A DNA stretch of 64,000 nucleotides from Eledone cirrhosa (lineage: Eukaryota). The DNA lies in contig OZ024761.1 of assembly GCA_964016885.1 (NCBI GenBank), positions 4,092,001-4,156,000 on the forward strand, in the 5' to 3' direction. Under the pieces are notes generated by a model. That model was not told the origin of the DNA and searched no databases. It saw only the letters and a list, made by a program, of their open reading frames with translations. The position numbers were made by a program, and so were the translations under genes. This document shows positions 1-11,876 of the stretch, one piece after another. Each line of letters opens with the position of its first letter. Positions within the stretch are counted from its first letter, which is position 1.

Positions 1-49
1 TTCTCTGCACCAACATACTTCTTGTCCTCCCGCTCTCTCAATCTTTTCT

Positions 50-2830
50 ATATTTCATCTGCCTGTCACCCACCTTGTGTATTGGCATTATATATCATCT
101 ACCTGTCACCCAGCTTGTAGATTCTCTCTCTGTTGACCACTGACCACTGGTCTCTATCCCCTGAGGCATTATATATCATCTGCCTGTCACCCACCTTGTG
201 GATTCTCTCTCTAATGACCCCTGGTCACTGGTCTCTGTCCTCTGGTGCATTATATATCTGCCTGTCACCCACCATGTGGATTGTCTCTGTTGACCACTGA
301 CCACTGGTCTCTGTGGCATTATATATAATCTGCCTGTCACCCACCTTGTGGATTGTCTCTGTTGACCACTGGTCACTGTCCTCTGTGGCATTATATATCA
401 TCTACCTATCACCCACCTTGTGGATTGTCTCTGTTGACCACTGGTCACTGGTCTGTCTTCTGTGGCATTATATATCATCTACCTATCACCCACCTTGTGG
501 ATTGTCTCTGTTGACCACTGGTCACTGGTCTCTGAGACATATATCATCTACCTATCACCCACCTTGTGGATTGTCTCTGTTGACCACTGACCACTGGTCT
601 GTCCTCTGAGACATATCATCTACCTATCACCCACCTTGTGGATTGTCTCTCTGTTGACCACTGACCACTGGTCTGTCCTCTGAGACATATATCATCTGCC
701 TGTCACCCACCTTGTGGATTGTCGCTGTTGACCACTGACCACTGAGGTATATTTCATCTGCCTGACACCCACCCGTGTGGATCGTCTCTGTTGACCACTG
801 GTCACTGGTCTCTGACCTCTGTGGCATTATATATCATCTACCTGTCACCCACCTTGTGGATTGTCTCTCTGTTGACCACTGGTCACTGGTCTGTCCTCTG
901 TGGCATTATATATCTACCTGTCACCCACCTTGTGGATTGTCTGTTGACCACTGGTCTCTGTCCTCTGTGGCTTTATATATCATCTGCCTGTCACCCACCT
1001 TGTGGATTGTCTGTTGACCACTGGCCACTGGTCTCAGTCCTCTGTGGCATTATATATCTGCCTGTCACCCACCTTGTGGATTGTCTCTGTCCAAAGAGAT
1101 ATATTTCATCTGCCTGTCACACACCTTGTAGATTGTTGACCACTGGTCACTGGTCTCTGTGGCATTATATATCATCTACCTGTCACCCAGCTTGTAGATT
1201 GTCTCTCTCTGTTGACCACAGACCACTGGTCTCTATCCACTGAGGCATTATATATCATCTGCCTGTCACCCACCTTGTGGATTCTCTGTTGACCACTGAC
1301 CACTGGTCTGTCCACTGAGGTATTATATATCTGCTTGTCACCAAGCTTGTAGATTGTCTCTCTGTTGACCACTGACCACTGGTCTCTGTCCTCTGTGGTA
1401 TTATATATCATCTACCTGTCACCCACCTTGTGGATTGTCTGTTGACCACTGGTCACTGGTCTCTGGCATTATATATCATCTGCCTGTCACCCACCTTGTG
1501 GATTGTCTCTCTCTGTTGACCACTGACCACCAGTCTGTCCACTGAGGCATTATATATCATCTGCCTGTCACCCACCTTGTGGATTGTCTCTGTTGACCAC
1601 TGGTCTCTGTCCACTGAGGCATTATATATCATCTGCCTGTCACCCACCTTGTGGATTGTCTCTGTTGACCACTGAGGCATTATATATCATCTGCCTGTCA
1701 CCCACCTTGTGGATTGTCTCTCTCTGTTGACCACTGAGGCATTATATATCATCTGCCTGCCACCCACCTTGTGGAATGTCTGTTGACCACTGACCACTGG
1801 TCTCTGTGGCATTATATATCATCTACCTGTCATCCACCTTGTGGAATGTCTGTTGACCACTGGCCATTGGTCTCTGTCCACTGAGGTATTATATTTCATC
1901 TGCATGTCACCAACCTTGTGGATTGTCTCTGTTGAACACTGACCACCAGTCTCTGTCCTGAGACATTATATATCTGCCTGTCACCCACCTTGTGGATTGT
2001 CTTTCTGTTGACCACTGGTCACTGGTCTGTCCTCTGTGGCATTATATATCATCTACCTGTCACCCAGCTTGTAGATTCTCTCTGTTGACCACTGACCACT
2101 GGTCTCTATCCCCTGAGGCATTATATATCATCTGCCTCTCACCCACCTTGTGGATTCTCTCTCTAATGACCACTGGTCACTGGTCTCTGTCCTCTGTGGC
2201 ATTATATATCATCTACCTGTCACCCACCTTGTGGATTGTCTCTGTTGACCACTGACTACTGGTCTGTCCTCTGTGGTATTATATATCATCTGCCTGTCAC
2301 CCACCTTGTGGATTGTCTCTGTTGACCACTCACCACTGGTCTCTGTCCTCTGTGGTATTATATATCATCTGCCTGTCACCCAGCTTATAGATTGCCTCTC
2401 TTGACCACTGGCCACCGGTCTGTCCACTGAGGCATTATATATCATCTGCCTGTCACCCACCTTGTGGATTGTCTCTCTCTGTTGACCACTGACCACTGGT
2501 CTGTCCCCTGAGGCATTATATATCATCTGCCTGTCACCCACCTTGTGGATTGTCTCTGTTGACCACTGGTCTCTGTCCAGAGGCATTATATATCATCTGC
2601 CTGTCACCCACCTTGTGGATTGTCTCTCTCTGTTGACCACTGACCACTGGTCTGTCCACTGAGGCATATATCATCTGCCTGTCACCCACCTTGTGGATTG
2701 TCTTTCTGTTGACCACTGGTCACTGGTCTCTGTCCACTGAGGCATTATATATCATCTGCCTGTCACCCACCTTGTAGATTGTCTCTCTCTGTTGACCCCT
2801 GGCTGCTGGTTTGTCTTCTGAGGCATTTTT
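50..2830. repeat. Minisatellite with variable unit of about 60-85 bp (gcattatatatcatctgcctgtcacccaccttgtggattgtctctgttgaccactgaccactggtctctgtcc), roughly 35-40 units
   Basis: Tandem recurrence of the unit is directly visible; the ORFs at 176-2716 are translations of it. Confidence 0.95.
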
Positions 2831-2959
2831 GCTGAACACTATCTTTGGCAACATTTAGCTGTTTTAACAGTTGCTCTAGCTATTAGTTTTCTCATTTTTA
2901 TATGTATTCAAATACACTTTTGCTTCGTCTCAATCAGTGACAAAATTGTTTTACACATA

Positions 2960-3070
<111 letters not shown>

Positions 3071-3082
3071 AATATATGTATA

Positions 3083-3428
3083 TGGAGGCACATGGCTTAG
3101 TGGTTAGAGCATTGGCCTTGCAATCGAAAGGTTGTGAGTTCAATTCTCAGACCGGGTAATGTGTTGTTTCCTTGAGCAAGACACTTTATTTCACATTGCT
3201 CCAGTTTACTCAGCTGTAGAAATGAGATGATAGGGACTGGCGTCCATATCATTCCACTGCAAAGTGGTCGTGGAGGTGCCACGGAAAAAAAAAGCACCCA
3301 GCACTCACTGTAAATGAGGTTGGTGTTAGGAAGGGCATCCAGCTGTAGAAATCAAGCCAGAATCAGTTCCCGTCCCACCCTTGCAAGCAGGGAAAAGCGG
3401 ACGTAAAATGAAATGATGATGATGATGA
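3083..3428 (+). mobile_element. tRNA-derived SINE with RTE-derived 3' end and (GAT)n tail
   Basis: A box TGGCTTAGTGG, B box GAGTTCAATTC, central ccttgagcaagacacttt; near-identical copies at 21194, 34460 and 35423(-); tail matches the RTE 3' end at 33523-33590. Confidence 0.9.
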
Positions 3429-3433
3429 TATAT

Positions 3434-3640
3434 ATCATCGTTTTTGCATGTCTTTCCACGCTTGTATGAGTTGGACGAGACCTTTTCAACACAGTATCTT
3501 TTCACGCATTGCGATCCTTCTTCATCTCCTCTGCGAGTCTCAGTGATTTGAGATTAGCTTTCACCACCAGGTCTTCCTTGGCCTTCCTCTACTGTGGCTT
3601 CCTTCCACTGAGATTGCTTGTCACTTCTTCATCCAGTGAT
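3434..3640 (-). mobile_element. Degenerate RTE LINE 3' fragment
   Basis: Reverse complement resembles the RGRPRKTW...L C-terminus and the short 3' end of the other RTE copies. Confidence 0.6.
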
Positions 3641-3739
3641 CATATATATATATATATATATAAATATATATTTAATATACATACATATATACATATATAC
3701 ATATAGACACCTGCCTGTTCTTTCCATCTCATCACAGAA

Positions 3740-4010
3740 ACAGACAGATAGATAGATAAATTGATATATAGACAGACAGATGAATAGATAGACTGATAAA
3801 CCGACCAACAGACAGACAAAGCGACAGATAGGTAGGTAGGCAGGTAGGTAGGTAGGTAGGTAGGTAGGTAGGTAGGTAGGTAGGTAGGTAGGTAGATAGT
3901 TAGATAGGTAGGTAGATAGTTAGATAGTAGATAGGTAGGTAGATAGGTAGGTAGATAGTTAAAAAGATGGATGGATAGACAGATATATATATAGACAGAT
4001 AGGTAGATAT
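3740..4010. repeat. (GATA/GACA/AGGT)n tetranucleotide microsatellite
   Basis: Directly visible. Confidence 0.9.
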
Positions 4011-4011
4011 A

Positions 4012-4880
4012 TTTCTTTATTTGCCACAAGGGCGCACAAAAAAGGGGACAATACAAGGACATATGGCGGGGATTTTACATATAATCGTGCAAAAAAGTTT
4101 TAACATGAAAATATAACAATCAAAATTTCCAATGGGGGGGGGTTTACAATGGGTTGTTTTATACCCCGTAGATAGAACAACCCTCAACTCCAGCAGTGTG
4201 TTGTGCAAGTGCTCCTTTCTTCCTCTTGCTCTCTCCCTCAACCTACAGGCTTATAAACAGAGAAGGCCCAATCACTCGGGCCATTTTCGCTTCATTCACC
4301 CACCTTTCAGTAAATTTACTGGGGTGCAGTGCCTCTCTCTCCACTCTGATTCTCCTTCTAAAGTGGTACCTAAAGAAGGGAATGAACTGTTGTCCGGAGA
4401 GAAAGGCATCTGTCCTCAGTCCTCTCAATCTCGTCCACCATATTACCTCTTTCACCATAGCCACTATACAGAGGAAAACCGCCTCTCTTTCATTTTTAAA
4501 TGAAGTTGGCGGTTTGATCCTTACTATGGACTCGGCAGTCAACTGGATTTGTCCCACACGTAATAGCAGTTGTTCTGCGTAGTTCCACAGGTCAGTTACA
4601 CCTGGGCAGTGTACGATTGCGTGCAGGACAGTTTCAATGTCCTGCTCGCATCTTGGACATGTCGAGGATCCGTGCCTGTAGATCTTGTCGTGTAGTGGTA
4701 GAGCTCCTCGGTAGCACTGCCAGGCCAGGGACTTTTGGAAGTTGTCCATAGGTCCTGGGCGGAAAGTCCTAACGAACAGACAGATCAGCTCTTCTTTGAC
4801 TCCCAGAGTCTCTCCGAGAACGTTGTCGCACTTGTACCTTAATAACCCTCAATAGAATGACGAAGTGGAGTCTCCACTGA
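4012..4880 (-). mobile_element. L1/Tx1-like LINE 3' fragment (zf-RVT-type C-terminus plus 3' UTR)
   Basis: ORF 4243-4749 has AWQCYRGALP and the CCHC motif CPRCEQDIETVLHAIVHCP; AATAAA near 4015-4020 on the minus strand. Confidence 0.75.
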
Positions 4881-4955
4881 TTGCTGTGCCCACTTGACAG
4901 AGGACTGGGATAGATAGATAGGTAGATAGACAGATAGATAGATAGATAGACCTAC

Positions 4956-5029
4956 TTCAGTTCTCTTGTGGCTGTCATCAGGCAAAGGATTGGCAAATTG
5001 ACAGACGACTGGCTTCTTGTTTTGAATAT
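4956..5029 (-). CDS. MLXIP: Mondo/MLX-interacting protein (MondoA/ChREBP family) coding exon, (Y)IQNKKPVVCQFANPLPDDSHKRTE
   Basis: Acceptor ttgttgtttgtag and donor GAA|gtaggt; 74 nt, phase 1 to 0, in frame with exon 22444-22550; resembles the recalled MondoA segment YLEKRKNPVCHFVTPL...HRRPE. Confidence 0.88.
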
Positions 5030-5077
5030 CTACAAACAACAACAGAAACAACATATAGTCAAAGTGGAGAAATGATT

Positions 5078-5220
5078 GTCATCATCATCATCATCATCAA
5101 CATCATCTCATTATCCTCATCATCAGAACCACTACCACCATCATCATAACCACCACTACCACCATCATCATCATCACTACCACCAACACTATCATAACCA
5201 CCATAACCATCACCATCATT
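5078..5220. repeat. (CAT/CAC)n microsatellite
   Basis: Directly visible. Confidence 0.9.
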
Positions 5221-5654
5221 TACCTCACATAACATTTACATTACTCTATATATATATATACACTATTGTATTTTCACAGTAAAGGTTTTACTTCACATAA
5301 TAATCTCACATTATATCAAATCTATGAGATTATGATGTTATTTATTTTGAGAATACCTTAACATCAGTATGAGCAGCCAGTTACAGCTGGTTTGAGAGAA
5401 TTCTGGCCGGGTAAGGCCGGTTTAAATCCTAAAGTGTTAAAGCATCTTATATACAGCTGTCTCATTTCTTGAATATCACATCTCTGGAACATTGTATAAA
5501 ATAAGTAAAAATATTCCATATGATCATTTTTTATTTATTATTTTAGAACAAATTATTTCGGCCTTTCTCATATGTGTGTTAGACACATGTCTCTTTCATA
5601 ACCCTGTTGTAGTAACTAAGGATAAATTATGTGTATCTATTGTTTTTATTGGTC

Positions 5655-6358
5655 TATCAATGAAAATAGCGACAATGTGCAGACAACTCGCTGGCTGGAT
5701 CTTGAGGACTTTCAAGAGAAGAGACCAAGAAACCATTTTGGTACTATGAAGGACATTTGTCCTAAACCGACTGGACTGTTGCTCCCAACAGGTCACCCCA
5801 TAGCGTCAAACTAACCACGGAGCTTGAAGCAATCCACCAAAGCTACACCAAGAGGATTGCCACGATGAAGGAGATGAGCTCCGAGAGAGGCTAAAAGAGC
5901 TAAAACTCTACTCCTTGGAATGAAGACGGGAGAGATACGCAGTGATCTACATGGAAGATCCTGGAAGGTCCAGCACCAAACTTTGGTATTGAGGGAAGGA
6001 CCAGCCCTTGAACAGGACATCATTGTGTGGTGCCAAAGGTCCTGTCTTTCACATCTAGAATAAGGAGCAGATATTGCAATAGGCTGGGGTTCAAAGGCCC
6101 TCAACTCTTTAATAAGCTGCCAAGAAACTTGAGAGATCTGTATGGTGTGGACATGGATGTTTTCAAGAAACATCGTGACACCCTGCTACCCAGGATCCCA
6201 GATGAACCCACAGCACAGACCAAAGGTAACCTAAGGGCAGCAGGAATTAACTCCCTCCTACATCAATGGCCAGCCAACGCATGCTGGAGATAGAACATGT
6301 AGCAACAAGGCCAGTGCCCCAGCATAGCCTCAGCTGGAAAAGGTAAAAGAGTAAAAGG
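5655..6358 (+). mobile_element. CR1/L2-group LINE 3' fragment, decayed
   Basis: Broken frames give AGWILRTFKRRD, RLKELKLYSLE*RRERY and GPQLFNKLPRNLRD...FKK...LPRIPDEP; the 3' tail is gtgccccagcat...gtaaaagagtaaaag. Confidence 0.75.
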
Positions 6359-6361
6359 GTG

Positions 6362-6500
6362 TGTTACTGGTACTTTATTTTATCGACCCTGTAAGGATGA
6401 AAGGTAAAGCCAACCTCCGCGGGATTTGAACTTAAAGGATCATAACTATATGCCGCAAAGCATATTGTCTGAAGCTTTATCAATACTGCCAATCCAATGC
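6362..6500 (-). mobile_element. SINE fragment with Deu/Nin-like core
   Basis: Minus strand reads gttcaaatccc...gctttacctttcatccttacagggtcgataaaataaagtacc; a related copy lies at 21780-21880; family name recalled, not searched. Confidence 0.6.
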
Positions 6501-6757
6501 CCTCTTTTATACTATAATACAATAATATTATGTAAGAACCTTTGTTAAGTTATGTTCCAAACACAAGCCTCATAATGAGAATGTAAGTTATATTAACTCC
6601 CAATAACCTTTTTTTTTTTTCAAAGACAACAGAAGATGGGGAAGAGAATAACAAGAATAGTGATTGAAAAGGTGACAGGATGTGTGACAAAAGAACTTTG
6701 ACAATTCATATTGTCAAACAACCATCCAGTTACTAAAATGACAAATAGATTAGGTAC

Positions 6758-7189
6758 TGTAGATCAAGCCACCTAGCTTTGACTTTGAAGGCAGTCGATT
6801 AACTACCCTTAGTTCTGACGTCACATTCTGACGTCAGTAGCTGAATACACTCTTTTTTCAACTTTGTATGTTGATGCGAGCAGACGCGTTTCATGGTGGC
6901 GAAACAGCGATATCACACCATGCGGTCACGGGATATTTGAACACCGCCACAAAATGATAATTACGAATTACCAATCAAGGAGCAACTGATATGATAACCT
7001 GTTTTGTTTATTGCTCTAATTAAAATGCTCATGTACATATAATCTCGAGGTATGTTCTTTTTGCTTAATTGTTTACCTACACCTAACAACAAATAGAAGA
7101 GATGTTCTAGCAGCCAAGCTAGGGAAACAAACTCCCCTCTAAATAGTAAAACAACTCAGCCTTCTAAAATGGTGACCATCTCTCCTAAA
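6758..7189 (+). repeat. 5' LTR
   Basis: Direct repeat of 10622-11053 with about 11 substitutions and two 3-bp indels, counted by eye. Confidence 0.95.
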
Positions 7190-7673
7190 GTGGTTGACCC
7201 CGATTATGCATTACACAGCCTTCTAAAAAAGACTTCTAAAAACTTCTAGAGAAACATATAAAAAAAAAATTGACGAAACTAAAATTTTATTTCTTGCAAC
7301 TATGCGAAAATAAGGAAATTGAAAATTGTTCTTTTAACGCAAAAAAAAAAAAAAAAAAAAAATAATAATTCTTAATTTTTGTAATGGCCAATAATCTTCC
7401 TGCCAATTGTCTTTCTTCTCCGAAATGCAGCCATCTGATTGGCTGAGACGCATCATGTGATGCCATCTCCTCCAATTTAAAAAAAAAAAAAACCTTTTAT
7501 TTTTCTGCCTTGAATTATTGTGACTTGTCGATTCTGGATTTTACATTTCTTCTTTCTTCATGGATGTCGAGTGAAATTTGTGTAGTTTTCCCGTTGTTCT
7601 GAACATCTAAAGAAATTTCTGCATTCTTTTTACGTGAATATCACTTACTTTTATACGTCCAAGTTGATATAGA

Positions 7674-10305
7674 TTGACAATGAGTGGTCCTAATTTACCT
7701 GCTTCTTCACATTCGAACCAACCCGTCTTGACGCGCAAAGATGCCATGTTAAAGGCTATTGACGCTTTGACACAACAAGTCACTCATTTATGCAGGGAGA
7801 ATAGGCCGTATTCCCGGCGGCCTAGGAGTCGTTTGCGTTCTTTCACGACTCCACGTCGGCATACTACTTCGCCCGCCAGCAATCCATTATTTTGCTGGTA
7901 TCATGCCACCTTCGCGGATAGGGCAAAACATTGCCGGCCTCCATGTAAATATTCAGCTTCAGGAAATGTAGATCAGAGTCACTAAAGGCGGCAAGTGAAC
8001 TGTGAGACACAACAGAACCGCCATTTCTTCATAGAGGACCTCCTGCCTGGAAGAGCCTTCCTTGTAGACGCAGGAGCTTCGTGCAGTATTTGGCCTGTTA
8101 ATTGTATGACAGTGACTCCTCCCGAGTCGTCGATTGAATTGCAAGCTGTCAACCAGTCACCAATCCAAACTTTTGGACAGATCTCGCTTCCTCTTCAGTT
8201 TCGAAATCTTCGTCGGGATTTCAAATGGGTTTTCACTGTTGCCGACCTGCCATACTCGATTTTGGGCGCGGACTTCCTGCATCATTTTTCTTTGATGGTG
8301 GACGTCCCTCACCAACGCCTAGTCGATGATATTACTGGTTTTTCTCTTTGTGGCAGGACGGCAGAAGTTTCTACGGTTAGCCCGACATTCTTCATCGCTA
8401 ACTCCGGAAACCCATATCATGGATTGTTGAAATCGTTCCCGCAACTGACTCATGGAAATTTTAGAGTCACTGATCCGAACCACGCCACGGAGCATTTCAT
8501 TACTACTACTGGCGCTCGCACCGGTTTGTTCACGTCCCCTTCGATTGCCAGCGGACAAACTGAAAGCAGCACAGTCCGAGTTCGATCATATGCTGCAGCT
8601 CGGAATTATTCATCCTACCACGAGCCCGTGGGCATCTCCATTGCATATGGTGCCAAAATCTTCTGGCGATTGGAGACCCACTGGAGATTATAGAAGATTG
8701 AACTCAATAACCATACCGGATCGGTATCCTATCCCTCATCTGCAGGATTTTGCATCCTCGTTGCAAGGTTGTAACATTTTTTAAAAACTCGATTTGATAC
8801 GAGCCTACAACCAGATTCCTGTCAACAGAGACGACATCCCGAAAACGGCTATAACTATGCCATTTAGATCTTTTGAATTTCTCACCATGCCTTTCGGGTT
8901 AAGAAATGCTGCTAGCACCTTCCAGCGATTTATGGATGAGGTCATTCGCGGCCTTGACTTTGTATACACATATATTGATGATCTTGTTGTTGCTAGCTCT
9001 TCTCCAGAGCAACATTTGTGCCATCTGGACCTTCTATTTTGTCGTTTGAAGGATTACAGTGTTCAGATTAATCCATCAAAATGTGTTTTTGGTTACGAAT
9101 CTCTGAATTTTTTGGGCCACGTCATTGACGCTGACGGTATTCGACCTATTCCTGAGAGAGTTAAAGCTATAGAGGATTTACCTCCACCAACCTCACTCCG
9201 TCAGTTGCACCAATTCTTGGGGCTGATTAATTTTTATAGGCGGTTTGTGCCTAATTGTGCTAAGCTACTCTTCTCTTTGATGGAAATTTTGAAAAATTGC
9301 CAAAAGAAAAATAGAGACATTTCTTTGAATGAAACTCAGCTCCAGGATTTTCAGAATGCGAAAATTTCTCTAGCCAATACATCTTTGCTGGCTCACCCAG
9401 TGTCCAACGCTAAGCTTTCGCTTTGTGTTGATGCGTCGGATACTGCCGTGGGCGCAGTTTTGCAGCAAAGTAGAAATGATCAACAGCAACCGTTGGAATT
9501 TTTCTCCAGGAAGCTGAAACCTGCCGAAACCTGCTGCAGCACCTTTGGACGGGAGTTGCTAGCAATATACTTATCAGTGAAGCATTTTTCGCACATGCTT
9601 GAAGGAAGAATGTTCACCATCTTCACGGACCACAAGCCGAGGCCGACAAATACTCGCCCAGAGAAACTAGACATCTTGACCTCATCTCTCAATTTACTAA
9701 TGATATTCAACACATTCCGGGTTCTATGAATACAGCGGCCGACGCCCTGTCTCGTTTGCCGATTGCTTCGATCTCGTCATCCGATGACATAGATTTGAAT
9801 CGCTTGGCAGCCGATCAGCCTACCCTCGAATCATTGGATGTTACATCATCTGAATTTGTGAATTGCCCTTGCTGCACAGGATCCGCTTTCCTACGTATCC
9901 AGTCTGCGTTCCTATTTTCAGGACCTGCCGCCAATGGATACGAGGAAGCAAACTGTAAAATCTGCAGTCCCAAGGGATATTGCCTCGTGGACCCATGTGT
10001 TCGTGAGAAACGATGCTGTGAGACCACCTCTCACACAACTCTACTCTGGACCCTACCGTGTATTAGCTCGTTCCGAGAAACATTTCACTGTAGACATTAA
10101 GGGTTCCAGAGAGACGGTTTCTATTGATCGACTCAAACGAGCACATTTGGACACAGACGCTATCACACCTGAGCCACAAACGCCACCGTCTTTTTCTTTC
10201 GCACACACACCTGCTTCTTCGTCCCCACCATCACCAAGATACAAGACCCGTTCCGGTCGAAGAGTCCACTGGCCCAAAGAACTCTTCCAAACTTTTATTA
10301 TATGA
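7674..10305 (+). pseudogene. Gypsy gag C-terminus and pol remnant (protease, RT, RNase H, integrase C-terminus)
   Basis: CWYH...C..PC gag knuckle; FLVDAGAS protease; [24 protein letters not shown] and YIDD RT motifs; DAS, RELLAIY and TDHKP RNase H motifs; GPY and VSIDRLK integrase tail; frameshifts and stops; integrase core missing. Confidence 0.93.
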
Positions 10306-10621
10306 ACTGGCCACTGGACCCTTTTTGCAAAAAAACTGTGTAGCACTGTATATTTTTAAGCTGCTATTGTGCAGCGCTTTAATCCTATATTTCCTATTTG
10401 AACTTTTAAAAATTGTATTTACATTTTATTATAATTTTTTTTTTTTCTCGTTCTTGCATGCTTGTTTCATATGTCCTTTTGAAATTTGTTGTGCCCTTCA
10501 TGCTCGGTTGGGCTGATTGCTCCTTGGTTTGGGGTTTTTGCTAGTTGCTCATCGTTTTTCTACATACATGGTCCGATGAACCGATTTTTATTTCCTTTTC
10601 TAAAAATCTGGTGGGAGGCCA

Positions 10622-11053
10622 TGTAGAAGATCACGCCACCTAGCTTTGACTTTGGAGGCAGTCGATTAACTGCCCTTAGTTCTGACGTCACGTTCTGACG
10701 TCAGTAGCTGAATACACTCTTTTTTCAACTTTGTATGTTGATGCGAGCAGACGCGTTTCATGGTGGCGAAACAGCGATATCACACCATGCGGTCACGGGA
10801 TATTTGAACACCGCCACAAAATGATAATTATGAATTACCAATCAAGGAGCAACTGATATGATAACCTGTTTTGTTTATTGCTCTAATTAAAATGCTCATG
10901 TACATATAATCTCGAGGAATGTTCTTTTTGCTTAATCATTTACCTACACCTAACAACAAATAGAGATGTTCTAGCAGCCAAGCTAGGGAAACAAACTCCC
11001 CTCTAAATCGTAAAACAACGCAGCCTTCTAAAATTGTGACCATCTCTCCTAAA
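10622..11053 (+). repeat. 3' LTR
   Basis: Direct repeat of the 5' LTR, preceded by the PPT and followed by the TSD. Confidence 0.95.
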
Positions 11054-11324
11054 GTACTAATTATAAAACTGAAGTGAAACTCAACTGGTACATGTGTTTT
11101 TGTTGACAGCATGACTCTACCATAGTATATATATATATAGTAATGATAATAAAAAGATTTATTGAGGTGTGATGCATATTTCACGATTTATCAGCTCAAG
11201 GTTTGATCTGTATTGATCGGGCTCGACTCTGGAATCAATATCTTGTTGGACTCCTGTTATGGTAAGTCACATGTTTTTCGACAATGTATTTATTGAAAAT
11301 GTAATCTATACAATGCAATAGTTT

Positions 11325-11668
11325 CCGAACATGTGGGAGAATGTTTTGGTGTCAAATGTGGGATAAAGATTTGGTGTCAAGCATGTGGGGTAAAGATCTG
11401 GTACCACCCATGTGGGAGAAAAATTTGGTGAAAAAAATTTAGTGTCAAACATGCGGGAGAAAGATTTAGTGCCAAACATGTGGGAGAAAGATTTGGTGCC
11501 AAACATGTGGGAGAAAGATTTGGTGCCAAACATGTGGGAGAAAGATGTGATGCCAAACATGTGGGAGAAGGGCTTGGTGTCAAACGTGTGGGAGAAATAT
11601 TTGGTACCAAACATGCTGGAGAAGGATTTGGTGCCAAACATGTGGGAGAAGGATTTGGTGCCTAAACT
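11325..11668. repeat. 27-bp minisatellite (atgtgggagaaagatttggtgccaaac)
   Basis: About 12 tandem units; produces the spurious NMWEKDLVP ORF. Confidence 0.9.
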
Positions 11669-11876
11669 GATGACCAGAAGAGAACCATCAACACTGGTTT
11701 ATATATTCTTCCATATGGCCCAATTAGATCAAGCTAGCTATGTTGACCTTATATAGCTCCTATCAACCTGACAAGGGCAGCTGTCTCCTACTGTTTAATA
11801 TGTGGCATAATATCAATAAATTATTCATCAATATTTTCTTTTGTAGACTATTTTATATTTTATTCTAGTTTCTTTT

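Larger units (their letters stand above)
6758..11053 (+). mobile_element. Ty3/Gypsy LTR retrotransposon, internally deleted and non-functional
   Basis: Two 432-bp LTRs (6758-7189, 10622-11053); GTAC TSD at 6754-6757 and 11054-11057; PBS tggttgaccccga at 7191 (tRNA-Trp-like); PPT ggtgggagg at about 10610; domain order PR-RT-RH-IN. Confidence 0.95.

Noticed and set aside
3083-3155. tRNA gene
   Set aside because: It is a SINE head continuing into a shared body and LINE tail
4950-4990. CTGATGA...GAAG on the minus strand as a hammerhead
   Set aside because: No GAAA and no closing stem I; it is Mondo coding sequence (P-D-D)
11412-11756. NMWEKDLVP repeat protein
   Set aside because: A 27-bp minisatellite open in several frames, with no splice or homology support
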